A stretch of DNA of 64,000 nucleotides, from contig PPGI01000008.1 in the NCBI GenBank assembly GCA_003173855.1, positions 10,119 through 74,118 of the forward strand. The letters run 5' to 3'. This document shows positions 9,223 through 18,448 of the stretch, piece by piece. Numbering within the stretch: the stretch's first letter is position 1; every line of letters begins with the position of its first letter. The stretch is from Candidatus Zambryskiibacteriota bacterium. GTDB lineage: Bacteria > Patescibacteriota > Minisyncoccia > Phycocordibacterales > DATDWN01. Made by a program: the position numbers and the translations under genes. Under the pieces are notes generated by a model. It was not told the DNA's origin and made no database searches. It saw nothing but the letters and a program-made list of their open reading frames with translations.

Positions 9223-9945
9223 ATGGCAGAAGCAAAGGTAAAAAAGAATACAAAAAAAGCAGAAGCTCCAAAATCAGGACTTGATGCAACTCTTTATACT
9301 CAAGCAGGAAAAGAGGCAAAGAAAATTTCTCTGCCAGAAACTGTTTTTGGACAAAGGTGGAATGCAGATTTGGTTCACCAGGTCGTTACTTCAATGAATT
9401 CAGAAGCACGAACTCCAGTAGCACATACAAAAAATCGAGGAGAAGTTTCTGGAGGAGGTAAAAAACCATGGCAACAGAAAGGAACTGGCCGTGCACGACA
9501 CGGATCTATCCGATCACCACTATGGGTAGGAGGAGGAGTAACTCATGGTCCACGAAACGACAAAGATTTTTCTCGCAAAGTAAATAAGAAAATGAAAGCA
9601 AAGGCACTCTACACCATCCTAAGTGCAAAGATGAAAAATGGTGAGATTCTCTTTGTTGATGATCTAAAAATTGCTGCTCCAAAAACAGCTGAAGCCCTAG
9701 GAATTTTGAACAGTCTTTCTAAAGTTTCAGGATTCGAATCTTTGCTAAACAAAAGAAAGAATTCTGCATTTATTGCTCTATCAGACAAAAATGTAACAGT
9801 CGAAAAAAGCTTTAGAAATTTTGGAAATTTAGAAGTAGATGAAATCAGAAATTTAAATCCGCTTCATTTGATGAAATATAAATATTTGGTTATTTCAAAT
9901 CCAGAAAAAGGTCTGCCACAGATTTCCGGAAAATTAGATAAGTAG
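9223..9945 (+). CDS. rplD: 50S ribosomal protein L4
   Basis: GGGKKPWQQKGTGRARHGSIRSP. Confidence 0.99.
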   Translation: MAEAKVKKNTKKAEAPKSGLDATLYTQAGKEAKKISLPETVFGQRWNADLVHQVVTSMNSEARTPVAHTKNRGEVSGGGKKPWQQKGTGRARHGSIRSPLWVGGGVTHGPRNDKDFSRKVNKKMKAKALYTILSAKMKNGEILFVDDLKIAAPKTAEALGILNSLSKVSGFESLLNKRKNSAFIALSDKNVTVEKSFRNFGNLEVDEIRNLNPLHLMKYKYLVISNPEKGLPQISGKLDK

Positions 9946-9958
9946 TTGGAAAAATAAC

Positions 9959-10237
9959 ATGAAAGATTTAAACCGAGTTTTAATACGACCACGAGTTACA
10001 GAAAAGGCGACACTAGTCACTGAAAATTCAGTCTACACTTTTGTAATTGATCCAAAAGCTACTGTATATCAAGTCAAAAAAGCTTTCGTTGATCGATATA
10101 AATTTGTGCCAGTAAAAATCAATACAGTTACAATTCCAGCAAAAAAAGTTTTTGTTCGAGGAAAATCCGGAATGAAATCTGGTTACAAGAAAGCTTATGT
10201 TTATTTAAAGAAAGGAGACAAAATAGAAAATCTATAA
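9959..10237 (+). CDS. rplW: 50S ribosomal protein L23
   Basis: PRVTEKA, YKKAYV. Confidence 0.97.
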   Translation: MKDLNRVLIRPRVTEKATLVTENSVYTFVIDPKATVYQVKKAFVDRYKFVPVKINTVTIPAKKVFVRGKSGMKSGYKKAYVYLKKGDKIENL

Positions 10238-10250
10238 AAATATAAACAGC

Positions 10251-11090
10251 ATGAAAAGATACCGACCAACATCAAAATCACGCCGACAGATGACAACCAT
10301 TTCATTTGGTGATTTCATTACCACAAATGACCCAGTCAAGTCATTGACTCATGGCTATAAACGACAAATGGGCCGAAGTCATGGTGAAATAACTACTCGA
10401 CACAAAGGAGGCGGTCACAAGAGACTTTTCCGCGAAGTTGATTTTCTATACGACAAAATAAATATTCCTTACACAATCAAAACTGTTGAATACGACCCAA
10501 ACCGATCAGGTTTTATCGGACTTGCTCAATATGCTGATGGTGAAAAAAGATATGTTCTTGTTCCTCGAGGAATTAAAGTAGGGGAAACATTTTTAACTAG
10601 TGAAACTGCTGAACCAAAAACTGGAAATCGATTGCCTCTAAAAAACATAAATATTGGTACTTTTGTTTACAACGTAGAAATAAAACCAAATGGCGGAGCT
10701 AAACTTGCTCGATCTGCCGGAAACTATATTGAAGTTATTGCTAAAGATGGAGGAATGATTGATCTAAAAATGCCTTCAACTGAAGTTCGCAAAGTTCCAG
10801 AAACAGCTTGGGCATCTATCGGTGATGTTTCAAACAACGAAAACAGATTGGTAAATCTTGGTAAAGCTGGACGTTCACGATGGCTTGGAATCAGGCCTAC
10901 AGTTCGCGGTACAGCAATGAACCCTGTTGATCACAAATACGGTGGAGGAGAAGGCCGTCAGGGAAGAGGAACAAGACGTGCGATTTCTATTTATGGTAAG
11001 CCAACAGGTAAGGGTCAGAAGTCTAGAACTCCTAAGAAGTATTCGAATAAGTTTATTGTTTCTCGCCGACGCGTTGGCAAGCAACGCTAA
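10251..11090 (+). CDS. rplB: 50S ribosomal protein L2
   Basis: EYDPNRS, GKAGRSRWLGIRPTVRGTAMNPVDH. Confidence 0.99.
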   Translation: MKRYRPTSKSRRQMTTISFGDFITTNDPVKSLTHGYKRQMGRSHGEITTRHKGGGHKRLFREVDFLYDKINIPYTIKTVEYDPNRSGFIGLAQYADGEKRYVLVPRGIKVGETFLTSETAEPKTGNRLPLKNINIGTFVYNVEIKPNGGAKLARSAGNYIEVIAKDGGMIDLKMPSTEVRKVPETAWASIGDVSNNENRLVNLGKAGRSRWLGIRPTVRGTAMNPVDHKYGGGEGRQGRGTRRAISIYGKPTGKGQKSRTPKKYSNKFIVSRRRVGKQR

Positions 11091-11207
11091 ACTTCCAAAT
11101 TTGGCGAACTCCTCGTTACCAAATTAAAAATACTCGTCACCTTACATTTGTAAGGCTCCTCGCATTTTTATTTCTCACGTCGGATTTCATCCAAATCTGA
11201 TAATTTT
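11088..11207 (+). repeat. rod-like hairpin, family A copy 2
   Basis: TAAACTTCCAAATTT start identical to copy 1; apical TCACCTTAC-attt-GTAAGGCTC. Confidence 0.8.
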
Positions 11208-11240
11208 AGGGCGACCAAATCGGTCGCCTTTGACATTTAA
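11208..11240 (+). repeat. hairpin+TTGACA junction repeat R1
   Basis: AGGGCGACC-aaatc-GGTCGCCTTTGACATTTAA. Confidence 0.85.
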
Positions 11241-11277
11241 AATTTTTTGTGATTAAATATACGCAGAGGAGTGAGAA

Positions 11278-11568
11278 ATGAATTCAACTTGTTACTTTTG
11301 CAAAAAACCTGGTCAATTTCGGAAAATGACCCTTTCTTCTCAATTAGGGAGCTGGGCCCCTGAACTGGGTCCCATTGATCACGTAGATGTTCACTCTCAT
11401 TGTTATTTTTGGCGGGCTAAACTTCCTGAAATAGGAATGGTAGTACCTGGTCTTCTGGTTTATGTCGGATTTTTTTTGAAATCAGAAACCATGGTAATAT
11501 ATACCATGTCCTTGGCTTTGCTTTTTGCGGGATGGGGTCTATACAACAGATTTCGTTTCAATTTCTAG
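11278..11568 (+). CDS. hypothetical membrane protein with Cys/His motifs (cassette 1)
   Basis: GAGGAG SD; CxxC, HxxC; two C-terminal TM segments. Confidence 0.75.
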   Translation: MNSTCYFCKKPGQFRKMTLSSQLGSWAPELGPIDHVDVHSHCYFWRAKLPEIGMVVPGLLVYVGFFLKSETMVIYTMSLALLFAGWGLYNRFRFNF

Positions 11569-11573
11569 TGTGT

Positions 11574-11606
11574 AGGGCGGCAAAGTAGCCGCCCTTTGAC
11601 ATTTAA
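11574..11606 (+). repeat. hairpin+TTGACA junction repeat R2
   Basis: AGGGCGGC-aaagta-GCCGCCCTTTGACATTTAA. Confidence 0.85.
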
Positions 11607-11659
11607 AAAATGAAGAATAGAGTTAATAATAGAGCCATTTTGACAGAAAGGAGTTTCTT

Positions 11660-12004
11660 ATGTGGGAAAGGCAAGCGTTTTTGGAAAAATTACTCAAGGC
11701 CTCGGAACAAGTAATAAAAATATCATCGAGGAGAGAGAAATTCACTTGGGCCGATATTTCTGCTAAGGCTGAAAGGAGTGTTGGCCTGCCTGTAGTTTGT
11801 CCGAATTCTCCACAAAAGTATCATCCAGTGGAGGAAGCTATCGAAACTCTTGCTCGTCATGGTCGTATAAAGCAAAAAATCAAAAGAGATCTATTCTGGG
11901 GTCCACTTATGACTTTGGAGGATCTTCAAAAGATCGAAGAAGCATGGCAACATGTTACAAGACCTTCAAAGATTCTTGAGGTTAAACTTCAGATTGCGTC
12001 CTGA
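11660..12004 (+). CDS. hypothetical protein (cassette 2)
   Basis: AAGGAG SD, 114 aa. Confidence 0.75.
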   Translation: MWERQAFLEKLLKASEQVIKISSRREKFTWADISAKAERSVGLPVVCPNSPQKYHPVEEAIETLARHGRIKQKIKRDLFWGPLMTLEDLQKIEEAWQHVTRPSKILEVKLQIAS

Positions 12005-12010
12005 TAACTA

Positions 12011-12062
12011 AGGGCGGCGAATTGCGCCGCCCTTTGACATTTATAGGCAATTTGTATAGTAT
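12011..12062 (+). repeat. hairpin+TTGACA junction repeat R3 / rpsS promoter
   Basis: AGGGCGGCG-aattg-CGCCGCCCTTTGACATTTA; TTGACA-17-TAGTAT. Confidence 0.85.
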
Positions 12063-12167
12063 AGGCCCTAAGTTAAGAGCCATTACCTCTAACTTGGTTT
12101 TGTTCGCGGTATTCAGTCAAGTCAGATACCACAAACAATGTGGTTTTTGTTTTGAACAAATTAAAAT

Positions 12168-12518
12168 ATGACACGTTCAAGCTATAAGGGCCCATATGTC
12201 GATCCTCGTCTATTGAAGAAGATCGAAGGAAAAAAGCATCTGGAAACAGGGGTTATTAAAACTTGGTCACGTGCATGTGTCATTTCTCCGGAAATGGTAG
12301 GCTTCACCTTCGGCGTCCACAATGGCAAGACCCATTTGGACGTTTTAGTTTCTGAAGACATGGTGGGCCATCGACTTGGCGAGTTTGCTCCGACAAAGAA
12401 ATTCATCAAACACGGAGGAAAGATGCAGAAAGAACTGGAACAAAAGAAGAAAGAGGGTGAAATTGCTGCTGCTCAAGCTGCAAAAACTGTAACAGAAGGA
12501 ACTGCAGCTAAAAAATAA
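12168..12518 (+). CDS. rpsS: 30S ribosomal protein S19
   Basis: [23 protein letters not shown]. Confidence 0.99.
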   Translation: MTRSSYKGPYVDPRLLKKIEGKKHLETGVIKTWSRACVISPEMVGFTFGVHNGKTHLDVLVSEDMVGHRLGEFAPTKKFIKHGGKMQKELEQKKKEGEIAAAQAAKTVTEGTAAKK

Positions 12519-12529
12519 TAAGAACTACT

Positions 12530-12979
12530 ATGGCAACCGCTCAGGCAACACTAGGAAATTTTAGACAAGCACCTCGTAAAATGAGGATGGTTGCCAATAC
12601 AGTTAGAGGAAAAAAAGTTTCTGATGCTTTGGTTAATTTGGATTTCGTTGCAAAGAAGGCAGCATTTCCAATAAAAACTTTGCTTCTTTCTGCACTAGCT
12701 AATGCAAAAAATCTTGGCATTCCAACTGACAATTTGGTAGTCAAGAAAATTACAGTTGATGGCGGCAGCATTTTATACAGACGTCGACCAGCGGCCCGTG
12801 GCAGTGCTCATCCAATAAGGAAGCGAACATCAAGTGTTTTTATTGAATTAGGAGAACCAGAAACAAAAGTAAACAGTGAACAGGCAAGTGTAAAAATTCC
12901 AAAAGAAAAAACTGTAAAGACTGAAAAACACAAGGTCGAAAGAAAATCACGTTCAAAAAAGTCGACTGTTAACTCATAA
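12530..12979 (+). CDS. rplV: 50S ribosomal protein L22 with basic C-terminal extension
   Basis: RQAPRKMR, PAARGSAHPIRKRTS. Confidence 0.98.
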   Translation: MATAQATLGNFRQAPRKMRMVANTVRGKKVSDALVNLDFVAKKAAFPIKTLLLSALANAKNLGIPTDNLVVKKITVDGGSILYRRRPAARGSAHPIRKRTSSVFIELGEPETKVNSEQASVKIPKEKTVKTEKHKVERKSRSKKSTVNS

Positions 12980-12987
12980 CTATTTAT

Positions 12988-13644
12988 ATGACACACCAAG
13001 TCCACCCATATTCACATAGGTTAGGAATCATAAGAGATTGGAAATCTCGCTGGTTTGGCGTGAAAAATAAATACAAAGAATTTCTAAAAAGTGATGTGCT
13101 TTTGCGAGAATATTTAGAAAAAAAATTGCGAGGAAATTATGTTTCAAATATTGAAATGGAGAGAGGAGAAAAAATTCTTCGAATAATTATTGAAACTTCT
13201 CGACCAGGTATGATCATCGGACGATCAGGGGATGGAGCTGTAAAACTTAAAAACGATGTTCTCTCATATCTTCGAAAAAATAAACTTTCATCAGGAGGCG
13301 AAGTAAAAATTGATATCAAAGAAGTAAAATCCCCTGAATCAAATGCAATGATTGCTGCACAAATGATTGCTGATGGTTTAGAGAAAAGACTTCCATTCAG
13401 ACGCGTTGGCAAACAAATGCTGGAAAAAGTTATTGCCAATCGAGATGTTTCAGGAGTAAAAATCGAGCTTTCTGGCCGACTTGCCGGAGCTACAATGGCC
13501 CGAAAAGAAAAATTAAAGAAAGGACGAATTCCATTGCAAACTTTCCGAGCAGATGTAGATTTTGCTCGATATGAAGCTAGACTGCCATACGGCGGAATTG
13601 GAATAAAAGTTTGGATATACAAAGGAGAAATTTTTAAAAAATAA
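12988..13644 (+). CDS. rpsC: 30S ribosomal protein S3
   Basis: RLGIIRDWKSRWF, GRIPLQTFRADVD. Confidence 0.99.
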   Translation: MTHQVHPYSHRLGIIRDWKSRWFGVKNKYKEFLKSDVLLREYLEKKLRGNYVSNIEMERGEKILRIIIETSRPGMIIGRSGDGAVKLKNDVLSYLRKNKLSSGGEVKIDIKEVKSPESNAMIAAQMIADGLEKRLPFRRVGKQMLEKVIANRDVSGVKIELSGRLAGATMARKEKLKKGRIPLQTFRADVDFARYEARLPYGGIGIKVWIYKGEIFKK

Positions 13645-13645
13645 A

Positions 13646-14071
13646 ATGTTAATTCCAAAAAAAGTTAAATATAGGAAATGGCATACATTTCGAAAGAACG
13701 CGGACAAAGTCGGTGTAGCTACTCGTGGAACAACTGTTGCTTTTGGTTCACATGGATTGAAGGCACTTGCTGGAGCACGTATCATGTCAAATCAACTTGA
13801 GGCCGCACGAAAAGCCTTGTCACGAGAGGTGGGTAAAACTGGCCGAGTCTGGATTCGAGTTTTTCCTGATATGCCGCTTACTAAAAAACCTGCTGAAGTA
13901 AAGCTTGGAAAAGGTAAGGGAGATTTGTTCGGATACTGTGCGCCAGTGAAACCAGGTCGAGTTATTTTTGAAGTCGATGGGGTAAGTGATTCAGTAGCTC
14001 GAGAATCGCTTCGCAAAGCTGGAACAAAATTGCCAGTAAAAACAAAAGTGATCGCATCTCATCACCAATAA
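13646..14071 (+). CDS. rplP: 50S ribosomal protein L16
   Basis: WIRVFPD, KKPAEVKLGKGKG. Confidence 0.99.
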   Translation: MLIPKKVKYRKWHTFRKNADKVGVATRGTTVAFGSHGLKALAGARIMSNQLEAARKALSREVGKTGRVWIRVFPDMPLTKKPAEVKLGKGKGDLFGYCAPVKPGRVIFEVDGVSDSVARESLRKAGTKLPVKTKVIASHHQ

Positions 14072-14081
14072 AAAAATAGAT

Positions 14082-14273
14082 ATGAAAAAGCAAATGAAAG
14101 AATTGAATAAGAAAAGTCCAAAGGAATTGGAAACAACGCTAAAAGAAAAGCGAGGAGCTTTGAGAAATTTTCGATTTCAAACTTCTGGAAGCAATGCAAA
14201 AAATGTGAAAGCTGGCCTTGCGCTTCGCAAAGATATCGCAAGAATTCTCACACTTCTAAATAACAAGAAATAA
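14082..14273 (+). CDS. rpmC: 50S ribosomal protein L29
   Basis: LRKDIARILT; operon position. Confidence 0.95.
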   Translation: MKKQMKELNKKSPKELETTLKEKRGALRNFRFQTSGSNAKNVKAGLALRKDIARILTLLNNKK

Positions 14274-14274
14274 A

Positions 14275-14535
14275 ATGGCAAAAGCTGCAGTACAAAATAA
14301 TAAAGTAGAGTCAAGAAAAAAAACAATGACTGGTGTTGTTGTTTCCGACAAAATGAAAGACACTGTTGTTGTTTTGGTTGATCGTTATGTTAAACACCCA
14401 AAGTATGGTAAATACATTGCGAAATCGAAGAAATTTAAAGCCCAAGATGCAGGAAACACAAAGAAAATAGGCGACAAAGTCATGATTGAGGAATGCGCAC
14501 CGATTTCAAAAGATAAACATTTTAAAGTAATTTAA
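14275..14535 (+). CDS. rpsQ: 30S ribosomal protein S17
   Basis: GVVVSDKMKDTVVV, HPKYGK. Confidence 0.98.
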   Translation: MAKAAVQNNKVESRKKTMTGVVVSDKMKDTVVVLVDRYVKHPKYGKYIAKSKKFKAQDAGNTKKIGDKVMIEECAPISKDKHFKVI

Positions 14536-14540
14536 CTATC

Positions 14541-14918
14541 ATGGTACAACCACGTTCAATCGTTAAAATAGCTGACAACTCCGGAGGAAAAATCGGACGT
14601 GTGTTCAAGGTGCTTGGTTCATCAAAAAAGCGATATGCTTCGATTGGCGAGCTTGTGGTGATTTCAATACAAAAGGCAGAACCTCGAAAATCTACAAAGA
14701 AAAAAGATGTTGTTCGTGCAATTGTTGTCAGGCAGAAAGCTCCGTTTCGACGAAAAGATGGTTCATACATTCGATTTGATGAAAATGCAGTAGTTCTCGT
14801 AATGAAAGATGCAAAGAAAAAAGAACCTGTAGCTGGACGTGTTTTCGGCCCAATTCCTCGAGAAATTGGTGATGCTGGATATCAGAAGATTATTTCTCTT
14901 GCACCAGAGGTGGTTTAA
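14541..14918 (+). CDS. rplN: 50S ribosomal protein L14
   Basis: ADNSGG, DGSYIRFDENA, SLAPEVV. Confidence 0.99.
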   Translation: MVQPRSIVKIADNSGGKIGRVFKVLGSSKKRYASIGELVVISIQKAEPRKSTKKKDVVRAIVVRQKAPFRRKDGSYIRFDENAVVLVMKDAKKKEPVAGRVFGPIPREIGDAGYQKIISLAPEVV

Positions 14919-14927
14919 AACAAAAAC

Positions 14928-15149
14928 ATGCACGTAAAAAAAGACGACAAAGTAATAGTTTTAACAGGAAAAGACAAGGGCAAAACTGGTACAGTGGTTA
15001 AAGCATTTCCAAAAATAAACAAGGTAATTGTTTCTGGCGTAAATATTTTAAAAACTCATCAAAAGCCACGACGCGGAGGAGAGAAGGGTCAAATAATTGA
15101 TAAAACAATGCCGATTCACGCTTCCAACGTAAGAAAGACTGGAAAATAA
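14928..15149 (+). CDS. rplX: 50S ribosomal protein L24 (short)
   Basis: KOW motif [18 protein letters not shown]. Confidence 0.97.
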   Translation: MHVKKDDKVIVLTGKDKGKTGTVVKAFPKINKVIVSGVNILKTHQKPRRGGEKGQIIDKTMPIHASNVRKTGK

Positions 15150-15150
15150 T

Positions 15151-15765
15151 ATGAAATCGATAAAAGAAAAAATAAAAGAATCCTACAAATCACTTTCCGG
15201 CGATCTAGGTTTGAAAAATGTGATGCAAGCTCCAAGAATCGAAAAAGTTGTAGTTTCAACTGGCGTTGGCTCTATTAAGGATAAGAAAAAACTTGATTTG
15301 GTTGAAGATAGACTTTCAAAAATCACTGGCCAAAAACCAGTGCGAAAAGGTGCAAAAGTTTCAATTTCTGCTTTTAAAGTTCGACAAGGAGAAACAGTTG
15401 GTATGCAAATAACTCTTCGAGGACAAAGAATGTACGATTTTCTAGATAGATTAATTAATATTGCACTTCCGCGAACAAAAGATTTTAGAGGTATTTCAGC
15501 ACGAGGCGTAGATGAAATGGGAAACTATACTGTTGGCATTAGAGAGCATACAATTTTCCCTGAAACATCAGACGAAGATCTCCGAGATGTTTTCGGGCTC
15601 TCAGTTACAGTTGTTACAAATCTTCGTGATCCAAAACAAACTCGAAAATTTTTAGAATATCTAGGCTTTCCATTTAAAAAAGTTGAAACTGGCAAAGAAG
15701 AGACGATTTCTATAATTACTGTGGCGAAGAAAGAGGATAAGAAAAAGAAAGCAAAAGTAGCGTAG
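15151..15765 (+). CDS. rplE: 50S ribosomal protein L5
   Basis: ITGQKP, ALPRTKDFRG, GNYTVG. Confidence 0.99.
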   Translation: MKSIKEKIKESYKSLSGDLGLKNVMQAPRIEKVVVSTGVGSIKDKKKLDLVEDRLSKITGQKPVRKGAKVSISAFKVRQGETVGMQITLRGQRMYDFLDRLINIALPRTKDFRGISARGVDEMGNYTVGIREHTIFPETSDEDLRDVFGLSVTVVTNLRDPKQTRKFLEYLGFPFKKVETGKEETISIITVAKKEDKKKKAKVA

Positions 15766-15825
15766 TTGATTTTTTCTATTTTTCGTATTTAATATGCTAG
15801 GAAGTTTTTTTGAAAGGAGCTAATA

Positions 15826-16245
15826 GTGATTGTATTGCTTTTGGCAGTAGCAGCATTAGTGTGGTTTCTCAGTCTTGTAACCAGAAGAAAGAGACGTCTA
15901 AAGCGCCTCAAGTTCCTAAGAAATGCCAGGTTTCAAGAGAAAATGTTTGGTGAACATTTTCTCAACATGGCACTTGAGAAACAAAAGGATATCAGGTGTT
16001 GGGTAATTTATAAGCACTATCCTTGGGGACATGGCTACAAAGTTCGTTTGGAAGATTTATGTGAACCAGACGATATACTTTCTGTAGTCGTGAACTTTTC
16101 TTTTCCAGAGAAGAAAAGAATTGCCATGGGGCTTTATTCTGACTACAGATATTTCTCAACCAGTCGAAATTCTCTCGATCGGGCAACAGAAGAGTTTGAA
16201 AGACGATTGATGCATTTGGTTTACGAAACTCAACGGGTACCTTAG
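15826..16245 (+). CDS. hypothetical protein with N-terminal TM, inserted between rplE and rpsN
   Basis: AAGGAG SD and GTG start; ends inside palindrome 16232-16254. Confidence 0.75.
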   Translation: MIVLLLAVAALVWFLSLVTRRKRRLKRLKFLRNARFQEKMFGEHFLNMALEKQKDIRCWVIYKHYPWGHGYKVRLEDLCEPDDILSVVVNFSFPEKKRIAMGLYSDYRYFSTSRNSLDRATEEFERRLMHLVYETQRVP

Positions 16246-16282
16246 GTACCCGTTTGACTTAATATGGCTTCACTGCTAGTAT
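16232..16282 (+). promoter_or_regulatory. hairpin fused to rpsN promoter
   Basis: AACGGGTACC-tta-GGTACCCGTT, TTGACT 16254-16259, 17 nt, TAGTAT. Confidence 0.65.
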
Positions 16283-16317
16283 AAAGCGCGACTCGAAAGA
16301 GTGCTTTTTCATTAAAA

Positions 16318-16503
16318 ATGGCTAAAACATCTGTAAAAGCTAGGGCTCTAAAAAAGCCAAAATATAGTACTCGGGTAACAAACCGATGTTTTAGATGTGG
16401 TCGTGGGCGCGGATTTATGCGAGACTTCGGTCTTTGCCGAATCTGCTTCCGTGAACTAGCAAATGAGGGTAAGATTCCGGGAATTAAAAAAGCTTCGTGG
16501 TAA
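16318..16503 (+). CDS. rpsN: 30S ribosomal protein S14, zinc-binding type
   Basis: 61 aa, CxxC...CRIC, GIKKASW. Confidence 0.99.
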   Translation: MAKTSVKARALKKPKYSTRVTNRCFRCGRGRGFMRDFGLCRICFRELANEGKIPGIKKASW

Positions 16504-16553
16504 AACAAATCGTTTCGGCAAGTCTACGGAAACTACCGAGATAAAATAAAAAT

Positions 16554-16943
16554 ATGGATCCAATTGGAGATATGATCGTAGTAATGAAAAACGGAGGTGA
16601 TTCAAGAAAAGAATCTGTAATTTTTCCACATTCAAAATTAAAGTTGGCAATTCTTGAGGTTTTACAAAAAAATGGATATGTAAAATCTTTTTCAAAAAAG
16701 GGAAAGAAAATTGCAAAGTGGATTGAAGTTGAGCTTGCTTATGATAATGATGGTGCAAGTCGAATTCATGGAGTCGATCGGGTTTCAAAAACATCAAAAC
16801 GAGTTTATACAAAATCAAAAGATTTGCGTTCAGTTAAAAGTGGTTTCGGCAGCCTAATTATTTCAACTCCTAAGGGTATTATGACTGACAAAATGGCAAA
16901 AGTTGCGAATGTTGGAGGAGAAGCTTTGTTTAAAATTTGGTAA
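16554..16943 (+). CDS. rpsH: 30S ribosomal protein S8
   Basis: DPIGDM, ISTPKGIMT, VGGE. Confidence 0.99.
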   Translation: MDPIGDMIVVMKNGGDSRKESVIFPHSKLKLAILEVLQKNGYVKSFSKKGKKIAKWIEVELAYDNDGASRIHGVDRVSKTSKRVYTKSKDLRSVKSGFGSLIISTPKGIMTDKMAKVANVGGEALFKIW

Positions 16944-16949
16944 ACGAAT

Positions 16950-17483
16950 ATGAGTAGAATTGGCAAAAAAGTAATATTGATTCCAGAGAAAACAGAAGCA
17001 AGCTTTGTTTCCGGAGTTTTTTCTGCAAAAGGCCCACTTGGAACACTAACAAAAGATTTTAAATCTGATATTGGAATTAAAATTGATGGAAAAGAAATTA
17101 CACTAGAACCAAAAAATATTACTCTAGAAAACAAAGCATTGTGGGGAACATATGCATCGCACATAAAAAATATGCTGAATGGTGTAAATACTTCATATGT
17201 TAAAAAATTAATTTTGGAAGGAATTGGATACAAATCTGAAGTGAAAGGAACAAATTTAGTTTTAGCTCTTGGCTTTTCTCATCCCGTTGTTGTTCCAATT
17301 CCAGAAGGACTTAAAGTAACTGCTGACAAAAATATTATTACCGTTACCGGAGCAAACAAAGAAATGGTCGGAGAATTTGCAGCTAATGTTCGTGCTCTTA
17401 AAAAACCAGAACCTTACAAAGGCAAAGGAATGAGGTATGAGGGCGAACATATTAAGCGTAAGCAAGGTAAGAAAACCGCCTAA
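16950..17483 (+). CDS. rplF: 50S ribosomal protein L6
   Basis: MSRIGK, LGFSHP, PEPYKGKG. Confidence 0.99.
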   Translation: MSRIGKKVILIPEKTEASFVSGVFSAKGPLGTLTKDFKSDIGIKIDGKEITLEPKNITLENKALWGTYASHIKNMLNGVNTSYVKKLILEGIGYKSEVKGTNLVLALGFSHPVVVPIPEGLKVTADKNIITVTGANKEMVGEFAANVRALKKPEPYKGKGMRYEGEHIKRKQGKKTA

Positions 17484-17515
17484 CATAAAAATTATGATGT
17501 TAGGAAAATAAGAAC

Positions 17516-17866
17516 ATGAAATCATCATCACTAAAAAAAGCACAGAGAACACGACGACACGCAAGAATTCGCGCAAAGGTTTTTGGTACGGAATCTAAAC
17601 CTCGTTTGTCTGTATTTAAATCAAACACATCTATTTCCGCACAGTTGATTGATGATGTAAGCGGAAAAACATTGGCAGCTGTTCATTCACGAGAAGTTAA
17701 AGGCAAAACAATAATGGAGAAATCAGGATTGGTTGGCGAAGCTTTAGCCCAAAAAGCTAAAGCAAAGAAAATTTCTGCTGTTGTTTTTGATCGTGGAGGA
17801 TTTATTTACACAGGAAATGTTGAAGCTCTTGCAGAAGGTGCACGAAAGGGAGGACTCAAATTTTAA
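17516..17866 (+). CDS. rplR: 50S ribosomal protein L18
   Basis: PRLSVFKSN, VVFDRGG. Confidence 0.99.
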   Translation: MKSSSLKKAQRTRRHARIRAKVFGTESKPRLSVFKSNTSISAQLIDDVSGKTLAAVHSREVKGKTIMEKSGLVGEALAQKAKAKKISAVVFDRGGFIYTGNVEALAEGARKGGLKF

Positions 17867-17871
17867 AAAAT

Positions 17872-18447
17872 ATGGAACAAGAAATATTAAATGAAGATGT
17901 AAAAGTTGAGGAAACAGGAGAAACGTCTGCTGAGGAAACTTCAGCACCTCAAACTCGAGAATTCAAGAAAAATCCTCGCAAATCCCAGCCTCGAAGAGAA
18001 GCTAGAACTCGGCCTGAATTTGATCAAAAAATCATTGATATTCGCCGTGTAACTCGAGTGGTTACTGGTGGTCGACGTTTTGCCTTCTCTGTAGCAATTG
18101 TCATTGGAGATCACAAGGGTCGAGTTGGTGTTGGTCTTGGAAAAGCAACAGACACTCCTCTTGCCATCGACAAAGCTGTGCGAGATGCAAAGAAAAATAT
18201 GATTAAAGTGAATCAAACTCAAAACGGTTCGATTCCTCACGAAGTTAGCGCAAAGTTCGGAGCGTCACGAGTTTTAATCATGCGAGCACCGGGCAAAGGA
18301 ATTCTTGCTGGTTCGTCTGTTCGAACAGTTTTGGAATTTGCCGGACTGAAAGAAGTAAGTTCAAAAATTTTCTCACGATCAAAAAATAAATTGAACAATG
18401 CTAAAGCTGCAATCCAAGCTCTAAAACAATTAACTCTAAAGAAATAA
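17872..18447 (+). CDS. rpsE: 30S ribosomal protein S5
   Basis: RVTRVVTGGRRF, GRVGVGLGKA. Confidence 0.99.
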   Translation: MEQEILNEDVKVEETGETSAEETSAPQTREFKKNPRKSQPRREARTRPEFDQKIIDIRRVTRVVTGGRRFAFSVAIVIGDHKGRVGVGLGKATDTPLAIDKAVRDAKKNMIKVNQTQNGSIPHEVSAKFGASRVLIMRAPGKGILAGSSVRTVLEFAGLKEVSSKIFSRSKNKLNNAKAAIQALKQLTLKK

Positions 18448-18448
18448 T

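Noticed and set aside
11208-12043. CRISPR array or classical integron attC sites
   Set aside because: Spacers are 330-400-bp genes, no cas or intI is present, and RYYYAAC/GTTRRRY ends are absent
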